Part shown: piece by piece, positions 26,131 to 39,900 of the stretch
Layout: every line of letters starts with the position of its first letter
Position numbering within the stretch: the first letter of the stretch is position 1
NCBI GenBank assembly: GCA_973895155.1
Contig: OZ316892.1
Location: forward strand, 2,297,223 to 2,361,222
Direction: 5' to 3'
DNA: 64,000 bases
From: Marsupella aquatica
Taxonomy: Eukaryota > Plantae > Marchantiophyta
Program-made: the position numbers and the translations under genes
Notes under the pieces: model-generated
Databases searched by the model: none
What the model saw: the letters and a program-made list of their open reading frames with translations, nothing else
What the model was told of the DNA's origin: nothing

Positions 26131-26708
26131 GTCAGCTTCAGTGCACAAGCAAGTTTTGCTTGATTGGTGGGGAATCACACTCCTGCAATCCATTTAGAGT
26201 CTTCCTAAGAAAAGTTCTGAAGAGTTGCACACAAGGACATCCAACAAGTTGTAACTTAAAGCCAACTAACACATCATTTGAATTTTTTCATAGTTACCCT
26301 CATCCCTCAAGAAGCCCAAGAAGGAGCCTGTCCCAAACATGTAACACTACTACAAATACTGTAGATAAGTCCAACCTGATTTGAAGGTTCTCATGTGCCC
26401 TTGTTGTGTAGTGCATCCTTAGATCAACTACAGGCTTCAGGGGCACCAAAAAGAATGGAATTGGATACTTTGTCACTATTTTATGTTAAGTCATTATAAT
26501 CCCACTATTTGCACTCTTGATTAACCAAAGTAACTCTGGCTAGCTAGTTGGAATGATCCAATGGTGGAACCATTGAGTGTTGCAAGGACTTGAGGGTAAA
26601 ATATTAGTTGAGGTTTAGTTTTGGTAATGTTATATAATTCCTATCATCAACCATTAAGGGCTCTTCAGGACATATTTGAAGTTTTGGGTGATTGGTTGTA
26701 ATGCAAAA

Positions 26709-27666
26709 CTAGCTCAATACCTGTGCATTACACCAGAGATATTGTTATGCAAATTGAAGATGTTCTAGTGTAAAAGATGTCATTACCCAAAAGATGACAT
26801 TACATAAAAGATGACATTACATAAAAGATGATATTGCATAAAAGATGTCCTTGTGCAAAAGATGTACAAAATATATCATTGCAGAAAGTATGCTGTTATG
26901 CAAAGGATGTTACAGTGGAATAAAAGATATAGGTATGTAAAAGAATGTGTTGCATAAAAATTATCATTGCGTTCCCCTTTTCTCATCCATTGAGCTTTGA
27001 AGGCCGTGTCTTCCCATCCATGTGCCTCCCACTTTCTCCTTGATCATCGCCCCTCTTTTTTTCCAATCTCTTTGACCCCTTCCGTGTTTTGCCTCACAGT
27101 CTTTTGTTGGAATGAAAAAAGTCAAAATTTGGAAAACAACCATGATAGTGCAAAAGTCTCCTCATTTTGGTTGGGTTGTTAGTGTTGTAACATTGTTATC
27201 AGTTTGATCATTGTTGTTGTTGTCCGCGGTCCTCACTTATTTTCTTCCGACCCATAATGCATGAATAAGTAAAAGGTTTTTTTATTGGATTTTGTGAAAG
27301 ACTAATAAATTTATGTGGACGAACACTCGGGCTGTTTTAATCAATTTCTGAATAAGAAGATTCTGAAAAGTCAAAAGAATTAGTGGTTAACAAAAATGAG
27401 TGATTAAAATTTTTACTTGTGTTTAATGTGTTGTTGCCCCAAAATTTTGTGTGTGATATGAGACCCCCTGGGCGTAAGGCTCTCGAGATTATTGTTGTGA
27501 AAGTGTTGCTATTGGGGAGAGAAAAGGTTTGTGCATGGGCACGTGCGGCGGGTGTCCATGTATGGTCACGCAATATGAGGGAGTGTTTTTTTATTTAATT
27601 TAATTTATTTTATTTTATTTTATTTGTAGGTGACTGTTAATATGTATATTTAAATAATAGTCTAGA
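26709..27666 (-). mobile_element. Non-autonomous Helitron (about 960 bp) with an internal 17-bp tandem array
   Basis: Minus strand starts A|TCTAGACTATTATTTAAA (27666) and ends ...GGTGTAATGCACAGGTATTGAGCTAG|T (26709): TC start, decayed subterminal hairpin, CTAG end, A|T insertion site, no TSD. AAAAGATGACATTACAT units at about 26770-26960. Confidence 0.7.
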
Positions 27667-30549
27667 TATTCAGATTTTTCCAAAATTTCCAAAATTTATT
27701 TTAATTTTCGTTTTGGGCAGATGCGAGCAGGCATTGTGACAGACATTTGAGGTGTGAGGAGAGTCTAGGCAGATCTGATGGTACCTAAAAAATCCATTTT
27801 TGATAAAGGGCTAGGATTGACTTTTTTTTTCCTTATTTTGTACCCTCATTCCATTATGACATGGTTAAGAAAAATGAGGGACATGCATCTATTTTTTGGT
27901 ATGACATGATCTAATATTCTAATACAATCTGACACGGGTTCTCATTTTTGTCCCACATGATTCTCTGCATACAAGTGTCCCCTCATGCAAGGAATACACA
28001 AATGTTCCCACAAACAAGAAATCTAGATGCTCCAATTAGAAACATCCAATGGCTGAGAATCAAATATTCACTTTTGTCCCACATGAGTGTTCACACAAGT
28101 GCTCACACATGGAAAGAATCTAGATGGTTCAATTAGATGGATCCAATGATTTAGAATTTATGGGATGATGTGGATTTTTCACAGAATTTTCACAATTACA
28201 AGAATCTCTAACTAGACCCATAATGATTATATAGTAGTATAGTACTATTTCTTGTTTAATTTTGCCCATCTGTGTGTTTTGTCCACTTAACTTTTCTGTT
28301 TTATTAGTAATAGAGGTTTCACTTTACACATAAGACTTCAAAAATAGCTTTGCATTGCGTTTTATTAGTAAGATTTGTAAATATAATAAAAAAATTAACA
28401 GTAATAGTTAAATATTAATATATTTAATAGTTACATACATATGTAAAAACTATTAATAACTAGCTTGCCAAAGTTTTAGCTAGATTACAAGCTTCGAAAG
28501 CCTCTCAATTAGCCTTTTTATTTTATTGTGAAAGATTCCCAGTATCTTTCCCTTATACTAGGTGACCATTAGCTAGAGTAGTTTACTCATGTAGACAAAG
28601 ATCATTCTGCATACATTTGACAGTTATAGTGCGACGGTTCAAATTTAATTTAGGAATATGACAAAAGTAAATGTTCCTAACATCTTTTCTTTGTAAGGGT
28701 AACATTAGCTAGAGTAGTTCCGGTCAGATGTTAATTTAATATAAATAGAAAATATTCATAGCATCATTTCGTCATACTAGATGATAATTATTAGGTAGAG
28801 TGGCTACTTACCTAGCCAAAGACCATTTGCCTAAAATTTAATGTTATAATTAAATTAAGAAAAACAAGAACATTCTTAGCATGTTTTCTTCACAAGGTTA
28901 ATACCCATTATCTGTAGTAGTTTAGCCAATCAGCCATCATTCTGCCAGAATTTGACTTTACAATCTATCCATCATAAATGAAGAAAGGACTTAACAGGAC
29001 CCCTCCGGCATGTCGTGGACTTAACCAGACCCTTGTGAGCAAGATACCATCAAGACCTGGGCAAGATGGGCAGTCACAGGGGTTATGTTAAGTCTTCATG
29101 GCATCTTGCTGGACTGTCAAGTCCAGGAGATGCCGTTCCTACTAAGTCTTTTCTTGAATTAACTAGTAAAATTAGAATTTCTAGCAACTTTTCCACCCAA
29201 TGTGACATAGGTCACTGTGGCCCAAGAGAAAGAGCCTTTAAAAAATGCCCTCTCTTGTGTCTCATTATAAGACATGTGAGAATTTGCCCAATTCTCATTC
29301 ATTTGCGCTAACCTTGCATAAATTGAAGCCCTGATGGATTTCCATGGATTTCTCATTCATTTGCCTACACACTTGGATGTGCTTTAGCAACCTTGATGGA
29401 CAAAAGCAAAACTCCCTTTCCTGTTCACATGATACAGATTACATAGTAGAGTGAAATGTGAGGGAAAACATAACACTCATCCTTGAAAATGTGTACATAT
29501 ATGAATGCTTAATGAAGACTGACCGTACAGTTGGAAAAATCTTTCCAAGACACTTCTAATGAGCCCACAATAGCCTTTTATGTGGCATATCCAGGTACAA
29601 TTACATGTCTAGATTTGCTTATCAAAATCTTTCAAAAACATGTCGTGACATATAGTATCATAGACATAGTGTATCGAAAACATACAAATCACCGACAATG
29701 CACATGTGCAAGCCGCTAGCAACCAACATGCATAGAAAAAGTCTCATCATATTCACAAGTGCCAAGAAAAAGCAAATGAGGTGGTATCTACGTAGTGGAG
29801 GTGTAAACCTCTGTATATAAAAGGCGTAGGAGAAACAATTTACGTACTGAAATCAAATCAAAAACCGACAGGATGCCAAGATCGGCCGGGAGCATCTAAT
29901 GAATCATTGTGTGAATCCCGTGTAAGGAACCGACAAGCACTGTCTGAGCTCTGTCAACAGTGATTCAAGAAGAACTGAAAAATGGCAAAGAAGACATGCC
30001 CTAAGTAAGCCAAGTCTTGGCGTCACACTAACAAGCGCATTTGCTTCAAGAATGCCTTGAAGTTGCTATAAGAACATGTCACTAACTGAAGCAGTGGCCC
30101 TAACTATATACCTGGTGGGCATGCGAGGGACATGCCGATGTGCATAAGAGGCAATGTCCCTCGGCATGACAAACAATTGCAAGAGTGTATAACAAGTCCC
30201 AGAGTAATCTTTGAAAATTTAGAACTCTCTCAATTCTTCATGAAGGTTAGCTATATTAGAGTAGTGTGAAAGACCTTTCCAAGCCGCTTTAATGAACCTA
30301 AGAGTAGATTTTTTTGATGCATACAAAGGGAGAATGAAGGTTACAATTCAGAAAGAGTGCGAGCAGTGTGTCAGTGTAAAGGGTGTCACCGTCCATGGGA
30401 TTGTATGGTCCACAAGCTTGGTCCATCCGGCCCTTTTTTTTTTTACCTTGCATGACATTTCATTCAACTCTCCTAAAGTGCAGTATTTTTGAAATTTTGA
30501 GTGTGATCAAAGTCTTCTATAGATTATATATAGTAGGTTCAAATTGTGT

Positions 30550-30795
30550 TTTGCCGTAGCTTTATCTCTTCTACATGATGTTGGCAAGGGTACCCCTTTG
30601 TATGTCTTGAGCACTCACCTCCTGGCATGTGTCTTCTAACTAACCCTTTAATGTTGGTGGATTTTAGCTATTCTCTTATCTTGCATTTGAAAAATGAAGA
30701 AGGGAAACATGAGGCCAGGCAAACCCTCAGTTAATTTTGTCTCCGGCATTTGCTCTAGCTACCACTACAAAGGAAGAATTTAAAAATTCTGGTAT
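30550..30795 (+). repeat. Dispersed repeat, homologous to about 49470-49725
   Basis: Shared collinear blocks GGTACCCCTTT, GCAC.CACCTCCT, TGTTGGTG.ATTTTAGC, GGCAAACCCT, AGCTACCA..ACAAA.GAAGAAT.TA.AAATTCTGG. Confidence 0.75.
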
Positions 30796-30808
30796 TAATA
30801 TGGTCAAA

Positions 30809-31130
30809 CTAGCTCAATACATGTGTGTTGCACAAAAAAAATTATTCCACAAAACCATGTTGTGACATCAAAGATATTGCTGAGTAAAATGACGTTGTTG
30901 TGTCAAAGATTTCATTAAAGAAAAATATGTCGTTACGTCAAAGATATTGTTAAGTAAAAAGACATCATTAGTAAAAGATGTTGTGAAGTAAAAAATGTGG
31001 TTAAATACAAATATCTTTAGTGTAATGTCATTAATTCACATAATATCTGTTGTTAACCAAAAGATAGAGTCAGGTAAAAGACGTTGAGATGAAAGAAAAC
31101 ATTCAATAAATGATGTTGTTGAGCAAAACA
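30809..31130 (-). mobile_element. Helitron 3' end and 17-bp array (second copy; 5' end not found)
   Basis: Plus-strand ACTAGCTCAATACATGTGTGTTGCACAAAA reads on the minus strand as hairpin plus CTAG|T; degenerate AAAGAT(G/A)T.. units follow. Confidence 0.7.
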
Positions 31131-31305
31131 TGTAATTGGAATTGGAACCCAAATGAGGAGTTGAGCTAGGGCCTGAGATGGCTGACCTGATACTGCCCTT
31201 TTGGGTGCACTTGGACCTGAGCCCCAACGGTGGTCCCTCACTGGCTGTAGCAACTGCACTCCAAGAGTGAGGCACGAGGAGTTGAGTGAGTTGGGCAAGG
31301 GCAGG

Positions 31306-31759
31306 CTAGGTTTAACCTGACGGGCAAGTTGACGGTGTGCCAAGCATGTAAAACTGTCAAATGACAGCCAAAAAATGTGCAATTTGATGCATGTTCCGTC
31401 TGATTCCCCTGTACTCTCCTGGACTCCCCCGGACCCCAGCTTGACCCAGCCGGAACCCCAGCCCCATCCCACCCGAACCCGGCCCGGACTTCCCCGGACC
31501 CAACCCCGGCCCAACCAAACCCGACCAACTGAACCCAGCCCGGACTCCCCCGTACCCCAGCTGGACCCACCCCAACCTGGCGAGACCCCACCCGGCCAGG
31601 ACCTCACCCGAACCCCTCCCAAACCCGGCCCGAATACTTTTAACACTGGGCCTGAATCCGGCCCGACCCTGCCACCCGGACCCAACCCCGACTACGGGAG
31701 ACCGGGATGACGGTATGATGGCCTCCAACGCCCAATTTGACGGGCAAGGTCAAACCTGG
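31306..31759. mobile_element. Putative non-autonomous TIR element (hAT-like MITE) with a C-rich ACCCG/CCCGG core
   Basis: Imperfect terminal inverted repeats CTAGGTTTAACCT / AGGTCAAACCTGG enclose a low-complexity core at 31420-31705. The left end is homologous to about 51583-51670. No TSD was recognised. Confidence 0.45.
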
Positions 31760-33397
31760 AAAACAGGAGTAGGGGGGCCAAGTCACTCCGAGTGGTACTT
31801 TGGGCCATGACCACTCTGGTTAAGGCTGTCTGGTCTGGAGCCAGCAAACATTTACAGGAATAAAAAAAGCTTCTACTGCACCACTTTGTATAATTGTATC
31901 ACTTTGCCATACTTCACCAGTCACCACCAGAGGTATTTGTTTGATAGACTCCCAAAATGAAACTTGTTACTTGATAGACCCCTTAAGGTCTATCAATGGT
32001 CCAGATCTGAGATCAAAAGATCACTCAACAGTCCAAATTGAGGAAAAGTATGAAGGGGGTTGATTAAGCAATTGTTTTCCAGAAGGAGGTTTACTAAGCA
32101 TATCTATGATCTATCGTCACCACCATCATGAGGAAGCAGGTCAGCTGTCTCTAACCAATCCAATCTATCTCTTTCTTCAGACTTTATTGAGTAACATTTA
32201 TTGTAGTGGAGCAGTGGCACGTAGCGCCATTCCAATTTCCAAGGTGCTCCCAGCGAATGGATCACAAAAAGTTGGTGGTAGGGTGGATCACCATGCTTGA
32301 CTTATCAAATTTTGGGCTTTATGTTGTGCCTAAACACATACACAAATGAGCTTGTAAGAAAGTCCAACAATGTATGCTCCAATACATCACTGCAGCTATT
32401 TAACCCCTCTTAGCTGAGTAATCAAAAGCAGGAGAAACAAGTAGAAATTTTCTGGTAATCACTAACCAAACCTAAGTTTATCTTTATTCACATGGGGATT
32501 ATTTTCATTAATGAACAATGGTATCTCGTGAAGAACCTTTTCGACTCACCAATCACAAAAAGAATAAAAGTCATTTGAGTGACCAAAAGTGAATTTTTGT
32601 AACTCTGTGGAATCATATAAAGCCTGGAAAAGTGCTTCTACAGAGTTTTGTGACAGATGATAGTTCCAATTTTATGGGATCTACCCGGGGGACCAGTTTT
32701 TGACTGATGCTGGAAGGACTCATAATAAAAAGGGTAAGGTGGGTCCTTCCACCACCAAGCAGGTCCAGAACGTGTGTCCTAAGTAAGCTCGGTCCAGGTG
32801 TACTGTATCGTCGAACTCAATTTTCTACAAGACGCAGGTTCCCTGAAAGGATGGAAGGAAGCTTCCTGGGGATGGTTCCTCTGTCTCTTTACAAGCTCGA
32901 AAAAAGAAGAACCTTATTCAGGAAGCCACAAACGACGTTCCAAGAATCCAAGATGAGTGTTCGTCCGCAGAATGAATTAATGAGAAACACCTTGTTGGAA
33001 TTCTACTCATTACTCGAAGGGACCTTCGTCGGATCTTTCCGACACGATGAGCCGATGAGGATTCGACAAAAGGTCTCGAGGAGGTGGGCCTAGGCCAGCC
33101 CTCCAGTCAGTCGATCGATCCCCACCACGGGAAGAGAGGCTTACCGTAGATCCTCGTAGTTATGGTGGGTAGTGTAGAATTACCAGGAACGGTGGTGATG
33201 CGTATTTGTGGGGTGAGATGCTGGGCCGTACGAACCGTATACTTCGTAAGCTATGGTAGACTTCCTAGACTGTGAATAAATCCCAAAATTAAGCCGAGGA
33301 ATCATGACTTATGGTCAATGATCGAAACCAGCTGCTGCTCAGCTCCTGCTTGTGTGTGCAGCTTTAGCTCCTGTTTGTGTGTGCAACTGTCAGAGGA

Positions 33398-33403
33398 TAT
33401 AAA
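33398..33403 (+). promoter_or_regulatory. Candidate TATA box of ABCG paralogue 1
   Basis: TATAAA lies about 600 nt upstream of the ATG. The equivalent position in paralogue 2 has TATATAAA (57271) with the same downstream GGAATCCA...TTCCCCAACAAAAGC context. Confidence 0.55.
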
Positions 33404-33994
33404 GACAAGGAATCCAATTCTATTCCCCAACAAAAGCCTGCGACCATCAGCCAGTCCAGCCAATACCCACTCCCCATCCCAATCTGTGGCAGTCGTCTAA
33501 CACTTTTATCTGGAATCCTTCGCGGAAGGACAAGTTTTGGAAACCGGTGCTGCAGCATGAATGAGGACACTGCAACAAGGTTCAGTGGCAGCGGCGCCGA
33601 AGTTAGTTCGTGCGCCAGGGCAGTCACTCTCTCGTGATTCCTAGATCGCATTCCTGGTCACAAATGTGTCACGGCACAGTATATTCTGGGATGCATTCTC
33701 CCAGGGGACTGAGTTGAGAGCTTCATCCTTCTTTTCACAGGGGCTTGGAGTTTGTTCAATGCTAAATTGGTGAGTCGATCGAGCGAGTCCACCGATGACG
33801 AAGCGGAATTGGGTCGACCATACGTTGTTGTAGCTCACACTGCCACTGCCGTCGAGCTTGTCCGTGACTATCAGAACCCCGATCAGAGCTAACTCAGCTG
33901 TGGGGGGTCACCCCTGAAATTTAATCGCGTCTTGCGCCGGCCGAGGGCCGTGGCACCTAGATTGAGGTGGTGAGGTGGTTAAGGAGGTGAAGAG

Positions 33995-36900
33995 ATGGCG
34001 ACTCCAAACAAGGTCGCTGCATCCGAGGCCACAGATTCCTTCGATGACGGTCAGGGGGTGAAGGCCGCATTGGGGAGGACGGGTAGTAAGGGGAGCACGA
34101 GGAGCTTCAGCCTGAGGAGTGGGAGTATTGGCAGGCACAGCGGTGGCTGGGGGCTCGCCCCGGATAATGTTTTCTCGAAGTCGGGATCTCGGACCGATGG
34201 TGAGTTTGACGACGAGGAGGCCCTGAAGTGGGCAGCATTGGAGAGGCTGCCCACCTATGATCGGCTCCGAACTACGATCCTGGAGGATCTGAATAAAGGT
34301 AGCAAGGAGCCGGTGGATCTCCGAAACTTGAGTCAAACCAGAATGCGGAGTGAACTCCTCCAAAAACTGTTCGAAGACACTGACGCGGACAATGGCAATG
34401 CCACTTTCCTGCTCAAGCTCCGTGAGCGAATCGACAGGTAAGCTGATATATTTAATTTTGCCTATGTTTGAGCAAGCTACTTGAGATTCTGTCATGTGAG
34501 TCGGAACTTGGTGGTCACGTAGGCAGCAATAAGTCACTTCGTTGAGTATTCCCAACCAATTTTAGCTAGGCAGGGACATTGTCATCATCACGAGGATAGA
34601 GCGCATCTGACTGTAGTCTATCTTGATAATCCACCCCCATAGCTGGGGGATCAATTTTTCAAATATTTTCCGCATAGATCCATGGTCCTAACGTTGACTT
34701 GTTATTGTGATAGACTGAACTACAAGAGCATAGGTTTTTGCTAACCTTTTGATAGTCGCTCCGTGAATCTGGTCCAGGAGTATGTATCTCCGTAACTAAG
34801 CTCCAAAAATCCGATGGAGACATTGTGACAGTTTAAAGAAAGTTATTTAGAAATCCGTTTGAGAAATTGTGACGCCATCTTTGCAATACTTTTCAAAATC
34901 TGCTGGAGGAGCACTCTTGCCGTCGTAGTAACATTTAATCTTCCGGAGTTCATGTTTAGCTCAAAGATTTGAGTGTACCAGTATTCAGCCCCGTTGGAAG
35001 ATTTAGACACTCGTCCTGTGGCAGATGCACAATTTTGCACAAATCCAGATCATGGGCTGCCCACTTGGGATAGTTTGCTAGAAAGATGATGCTATCCGTC
35101 ACCACATCAAAGCTTTGGGGAGGAGCTACTTCTTTGTTTCGTAACCACTCGATGAAGTGGAAGCCATGAGCGAAGAAGAGTGATTCATTTGAGGTTCAGT
35201 CGTGAACGGGGTTGATTTGTTCAAGGACTAAAACTGTGTATTGTACATACGTTCAGGGCCAGCGTAACTCTCCCCACTGTGGAGGTTCGCTATGAGAACT
35301 TGAGTATCGAGGCTAAGGTGCAAGTAGGCGGACGGGCTCTTCCCACACTCACCAACGCTTTACTGAACGCCTTTGAGGTAGATTTTCCTAGTGTTCTCCA
35401 CTGACAGTTGTCCGTTGTGTTCTCGTTTTTCCTGGTTCTCTTCGCCCTTTGTGTCATCGAGGCACTGGTAGTGCCCTCCCGAACTAGCAGCCTGCTTGAT
35501 TTCCTTTTATTCACGCTTGTCTTGAAAGCAGAGTGGTTTCCTACTCAGGGACGTCTTGCAGCTTGAGAAGATCGATTCAGTGCAGCTTCAAAAGGGGATT
35601 CTGAAGAGCATACATAAAGTGTTGTTCTGGTGGCTTTGCTACTGCAGGGTTTTTTCTCCTCAATCGGACTTAACTGGGCGAAGAAGACGGACCTGACGAT
35701 CCTACATCACGTCAGTGGTATTATCAAACCCGGCAGGTTAGTTAACTGGCCAAGAATTCTGGTTCTTGCACACTCCGATGTCCTTTGCAGGAAGTAATTT
35801 GGTCGTGTTTCCATTTCAGGACGATGGTGGCAAATTCTTCTACCGAAACTTTGCTTTTGGAAGTGCGCATTAGTGCTTCATCTCGCCTGGTTAATTGTCG
35901 TGGGACTTTAGTTCTAGGATCATCCTACAATGACAAACTCGATGATGATGCGCAGGATGACTCTATTGCTGGGACCGCCGAGTTCGGGAAAGACCAGTCT
36001 TCTTCTCGCGCTGGCCGGAAAGCTTGAGAAATCATTGAAAGTGAGTGTTTTCACGCTTGGGTCCGACAAGTGCTCGTCAATACATTCACCTTCCCCTCCG
36101 GAGCCTCGTTTAGAACCGGTGATTTGGTGAGAATTTCAATTCTTCTTTTCACCTGTTGATTTGGTGGATACTCGATCTGAGTTCGCAGGTGAAAGGAGAA
36201 GTCACGTACAATGGATACAAGTTGAATGAGTTTGTACCACAGAAGACGTCTGCCTATGTGAACCAGAATGATCTGCACATAGCACAGATGACGGTCCGAG
36301 AAACTTTGGAGTACTCGGCCAAATCGCAGGATGTCGGCCCCAGCCGATACGGTGAGTTCATCATCATCCCAGTCGTGCCAAAAAGTATTGTCAGAAAGCA
36401 TGGTCACTCCTGGAATTGGATTTGTGGACAAGAGAGACCCGGATCAAGTGTAAGAATTGCAAGTCAGTGTTCAAAGCACAAGTTTGACTCGTCTAGCCCC
36501 TCTGCCTCAACGGACTCCGCCTGACGTCGTGGGGTCGATGTGCTAATGTGCAGATCTTTTGACGGAGCTACATAGAAAAGAAAAAGAGCTCGGTATTCAT
36601 CCTGAAGCAGATGTAGATTACTACATGAAGGTGTGTTAGGTTGCACTTGACAGACAGTTCCCTTCGCTGTTTCTTCTAATTGCCAGAATTTGTTCATTTG
36701 AATCGAGCTGGATGATCGCAAGCTGATTTCTGGCCCTGTTCTCTTATCAACGCAGGCATCCGCGATGAAGGAAACTTCCAGCAGCGTTATCACCGACTAC
36801 GTCATGAAGGTGAGTTGATAGGCAGTAGCAGGCAATTGGACCGGACCGAATTATGCATCGCAATGTTCACCTTGGATCAATCGATCGTGTCGTCATGTTG

Positions 36901-39900
36901 GCTTTATGGAATAAACGTTTCTGCGTCTTTCGTTGCAGATTTTGGGCTTGGATATTTGCGCAGACACTATAGTGGGAGATGAGATGGTCAGAGGAATCTC
37001 AGGTGGACAGAAGAAGAGAGTGACAACTGGTAGGTGCTCAACTCTCCATCTACTACCTAGCTATCTATTACGAGCTCTACATTTCAAGATAAGATTTTTA
37101 TTGGAGATCTCAAGTTTAAAATTGCATTTGAGCTTGGCCATCAAACATGTTTATGTGCCCTGTGCACCTTTGCGAAAATCGGCTTCCTGTGTTGGAAGCG
37201 GCAATGGATGACTTTTTAAGTAGCGCCTTTTATTCATTGCAGTCATCGAATTCATCTGCACTGTCAAAAAACAGATAGCCAAAGAAACTTTGAAATGGAT
37301 TGTTGTTCAGTTTAGCTCGGTTGCATTCTGGACATGACCCTTACGCGGTTTTTGCCACTCGCTCTTTCGCTTTACAGGAGAGATGATCGTGGGTCCAATG
37401 AAGACTCTTTTCATGGACGAGATCTCAACTGGTTTGGACAGTTCAACGACATTCCAGATTGTTCGATATCTCAGGGATATCACACATTTGTTGGAGCACA
37501 CGATGCTCGTCTCGCTGCTGCAGCCAGCTCCTGAAACGTACGATCTGTTCGACGATGTCGTCCTATTGTCTGAGGGACAGATTGCGTACCATGGACCGAT
37601 AAGTGACATTCTTGGATTCTTTGAGAGCTGTGGATTCAAATGCCCTGAAAGGAAGGGTGTTGCGGACTTTTTGCAAGAGGTGACGTCTCGGAAAGATCAA
37701 GAGCAATACTGGGTGGACAAATCCAGGCCGTATGAGTTCGTCCCAGTTAAAGAATTTGCCGAGGCCTTTGTACGGTCTCCGAATGGCGTCAAGATGGGAG
37801 AGGAGCTGAAGGTTCCTTTTCAAAAAGAGAAAGGCCATCGTGACGCGCTGGCATTCAAGCGATTGACGTTGTCGACGGCGGAGCTGGTTAAGATCAACTT
37901 CGATAAGGAATGGCTTCTGATAAAAAGGAACGCCTTCATTTATGTTTTCAAATCTTGTCAGGTGGGCGCACCAAACTCATCTGAAGCCCTCCCTCAAAGT
38001 TTGAGAATCCCTGCCACTGATTCCCAGAATTGGAAGTCAGTGTTTGAAAGTAAATTCAAAGCAACCTGAGAGGACTAAATGAGAACAGTGAAGTCGTCAG
38101 TGAAAAGCACATTTCAGAACTTTGTTTTTGCCCTGCCCAACTAGACATTCCAAAATTCCGAGTCCATATTGCTCACGACATAACGAAAAATTATATTTGC
38201 CTTGCGCTTGTGCAGATTGGCCTTATGGCTGTTATTGCTATGCTGACCTTTTTCCGGACTACGTTGCACCGTAATTCCTTGGATCAAGCACAACTCTATG
38301 CCGGAGCCATATTTTTTGGGGTCTCCAATATCATGTTCAATGGATATGCGGAGCTTTCCTTGATGATTGTCAGACTTCCAGTATTCTACAGGCAGCGAGA
38401 CATGCTCTTCTTCCCACCTTGGTGCTTCACTCTGGCAACGTGGATCCTCAGCATACCCATATCAATCATAGAGACTTCGACGTGGTGTATTATCACCTAC
38501 TACACCATTGGCTTTGCCCCTAATGCCAGCAGGTGATCTTTTGTTTGGGTTGCCTTCTGATTTGACATCTTTGATCGAATCCCTAGCTTTTCAATCAGTA
38601 TTGATACTGTCGAGTGAAAACGATACATTTATTCTCTGATTTGCTTTCGTCCAAGTGTTGTTTAAATCCAATCAATAGTTTTTTAACCGATGTAGATATT
38701 GACTGTCCAGAGCGTGGCATTTGTGTGGGGCGCGTTCTAAAGTGCAATCACCGACTGGTTGAATCGGTGTAGATACTGACCATTTGACATGGTTCACATG
38801 AGTTCAGGTTCTTCAAGCAGCTCTTCATCTTCTTTTGGTTTCACCAGCTGTCGGCATCTCTCTTCCGTATAATTGCTGGAATCGCTCGTAGCATGGTGTT
38901 GTCCAACACAGGAGGCACGTTCGCTCTACTTGGTGTCTTTGCTCTTGGTGGCTTTCTCATCGAGAGGCCTGCCATCAAGCCATGGTGGATCTGGGGCTAT
39001 TGGCTTTCGCCTCTCACGTATGCCCAGAATGGTGCTATGGTGAATGAGTTTCTCGCACCGCAATGGAATATTCATGTAAGTACTGGGCACTGGAGAATCG
39101 ACTGGGTGTGAAGGAGTGTTGTAGTCCAGGAATCCTGAGGATTTTTGTTACAATCCTACTTTATAAATAATCGGGAGGAATGTGACAGCGAAAATGCTAC
39201 GTGACTTCAATTTATATCAGTCATACTTAAAATTTCTTGGGTGCTTCCGTCGGATGGTTTGAATGCAGACATCTGGGTCGACCGAACCGTTGGGTTACCG
39301 GTATTTGAAGTCTGCCGGTGTTTTCGCGCATAATTACTGGTACTGGATTGGAGTCGCAGCTCTGGTTGGATTCGTTCTCCTCTTCAACTTTGTCTTCACG
39401 CTAACTCTCACATACCTCAACCGTATGTGTCTCTTGCCTTTCAATTGCGTTCAACATTTATGCATCAATATATGGTAAATGTAGATACGGCTGTCTTCGG
39501 TTTGCGTTAAATGATCATGTCATCAGAGGGATCTAATCCATTGTGTATGGCAATCCTCCATTGATAGGCCTTGTTGTGTTCTGCTTAAAATTATTGCATT
39601 GACATCGTTTCTCTGCGGTGCTTCGATTTTTTAGCACTTGGGAGAGTTCAAGCTGTTATCTCTGAAGAACAAAGAGCTGAAGCACATGCCAATCTCACCG
39701 GCGAAGTAGTTGAAGCTACTATTCCATCCAAGAGAAGTAATATCGCCGCCAGCATGCCTCGATCTCTGTCTCAGAGTGGTATGTAGATTTCCACTCACGA
39801 TGCATTTTGCAGTGAAGTCGGGCTTGAGATTTTCTCAATCCTTTCTAACATATCATGAAACTCTTGGGTTCATTCCCAGTATACTACTCCGCACTGATTT

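Noticed and set aside
26770-26960. Regular short repeats resembling a CRISPR array (also 18921-19020 and 47802-48140)
   Set aside because: Head-to-tail units without unique spacers, eukaryotic context and no cas genes; explained by Helitron and LTR internal arrays.
30119-30170. Imperfect hairpin CATGCGAGGGACAT / ATGTCCCTCGGCATG
   Set aside because: Short and imperfect, with no adjacent CTRR end, TSD or miRNA-like features.
31053-31728. Overlapping Gly-rich and Pro-rich ORFs (110-210 aa)
   Set aside because: They arise from a stop-poor C-rich repeat that is open in several frames on both strands; no coding signal.
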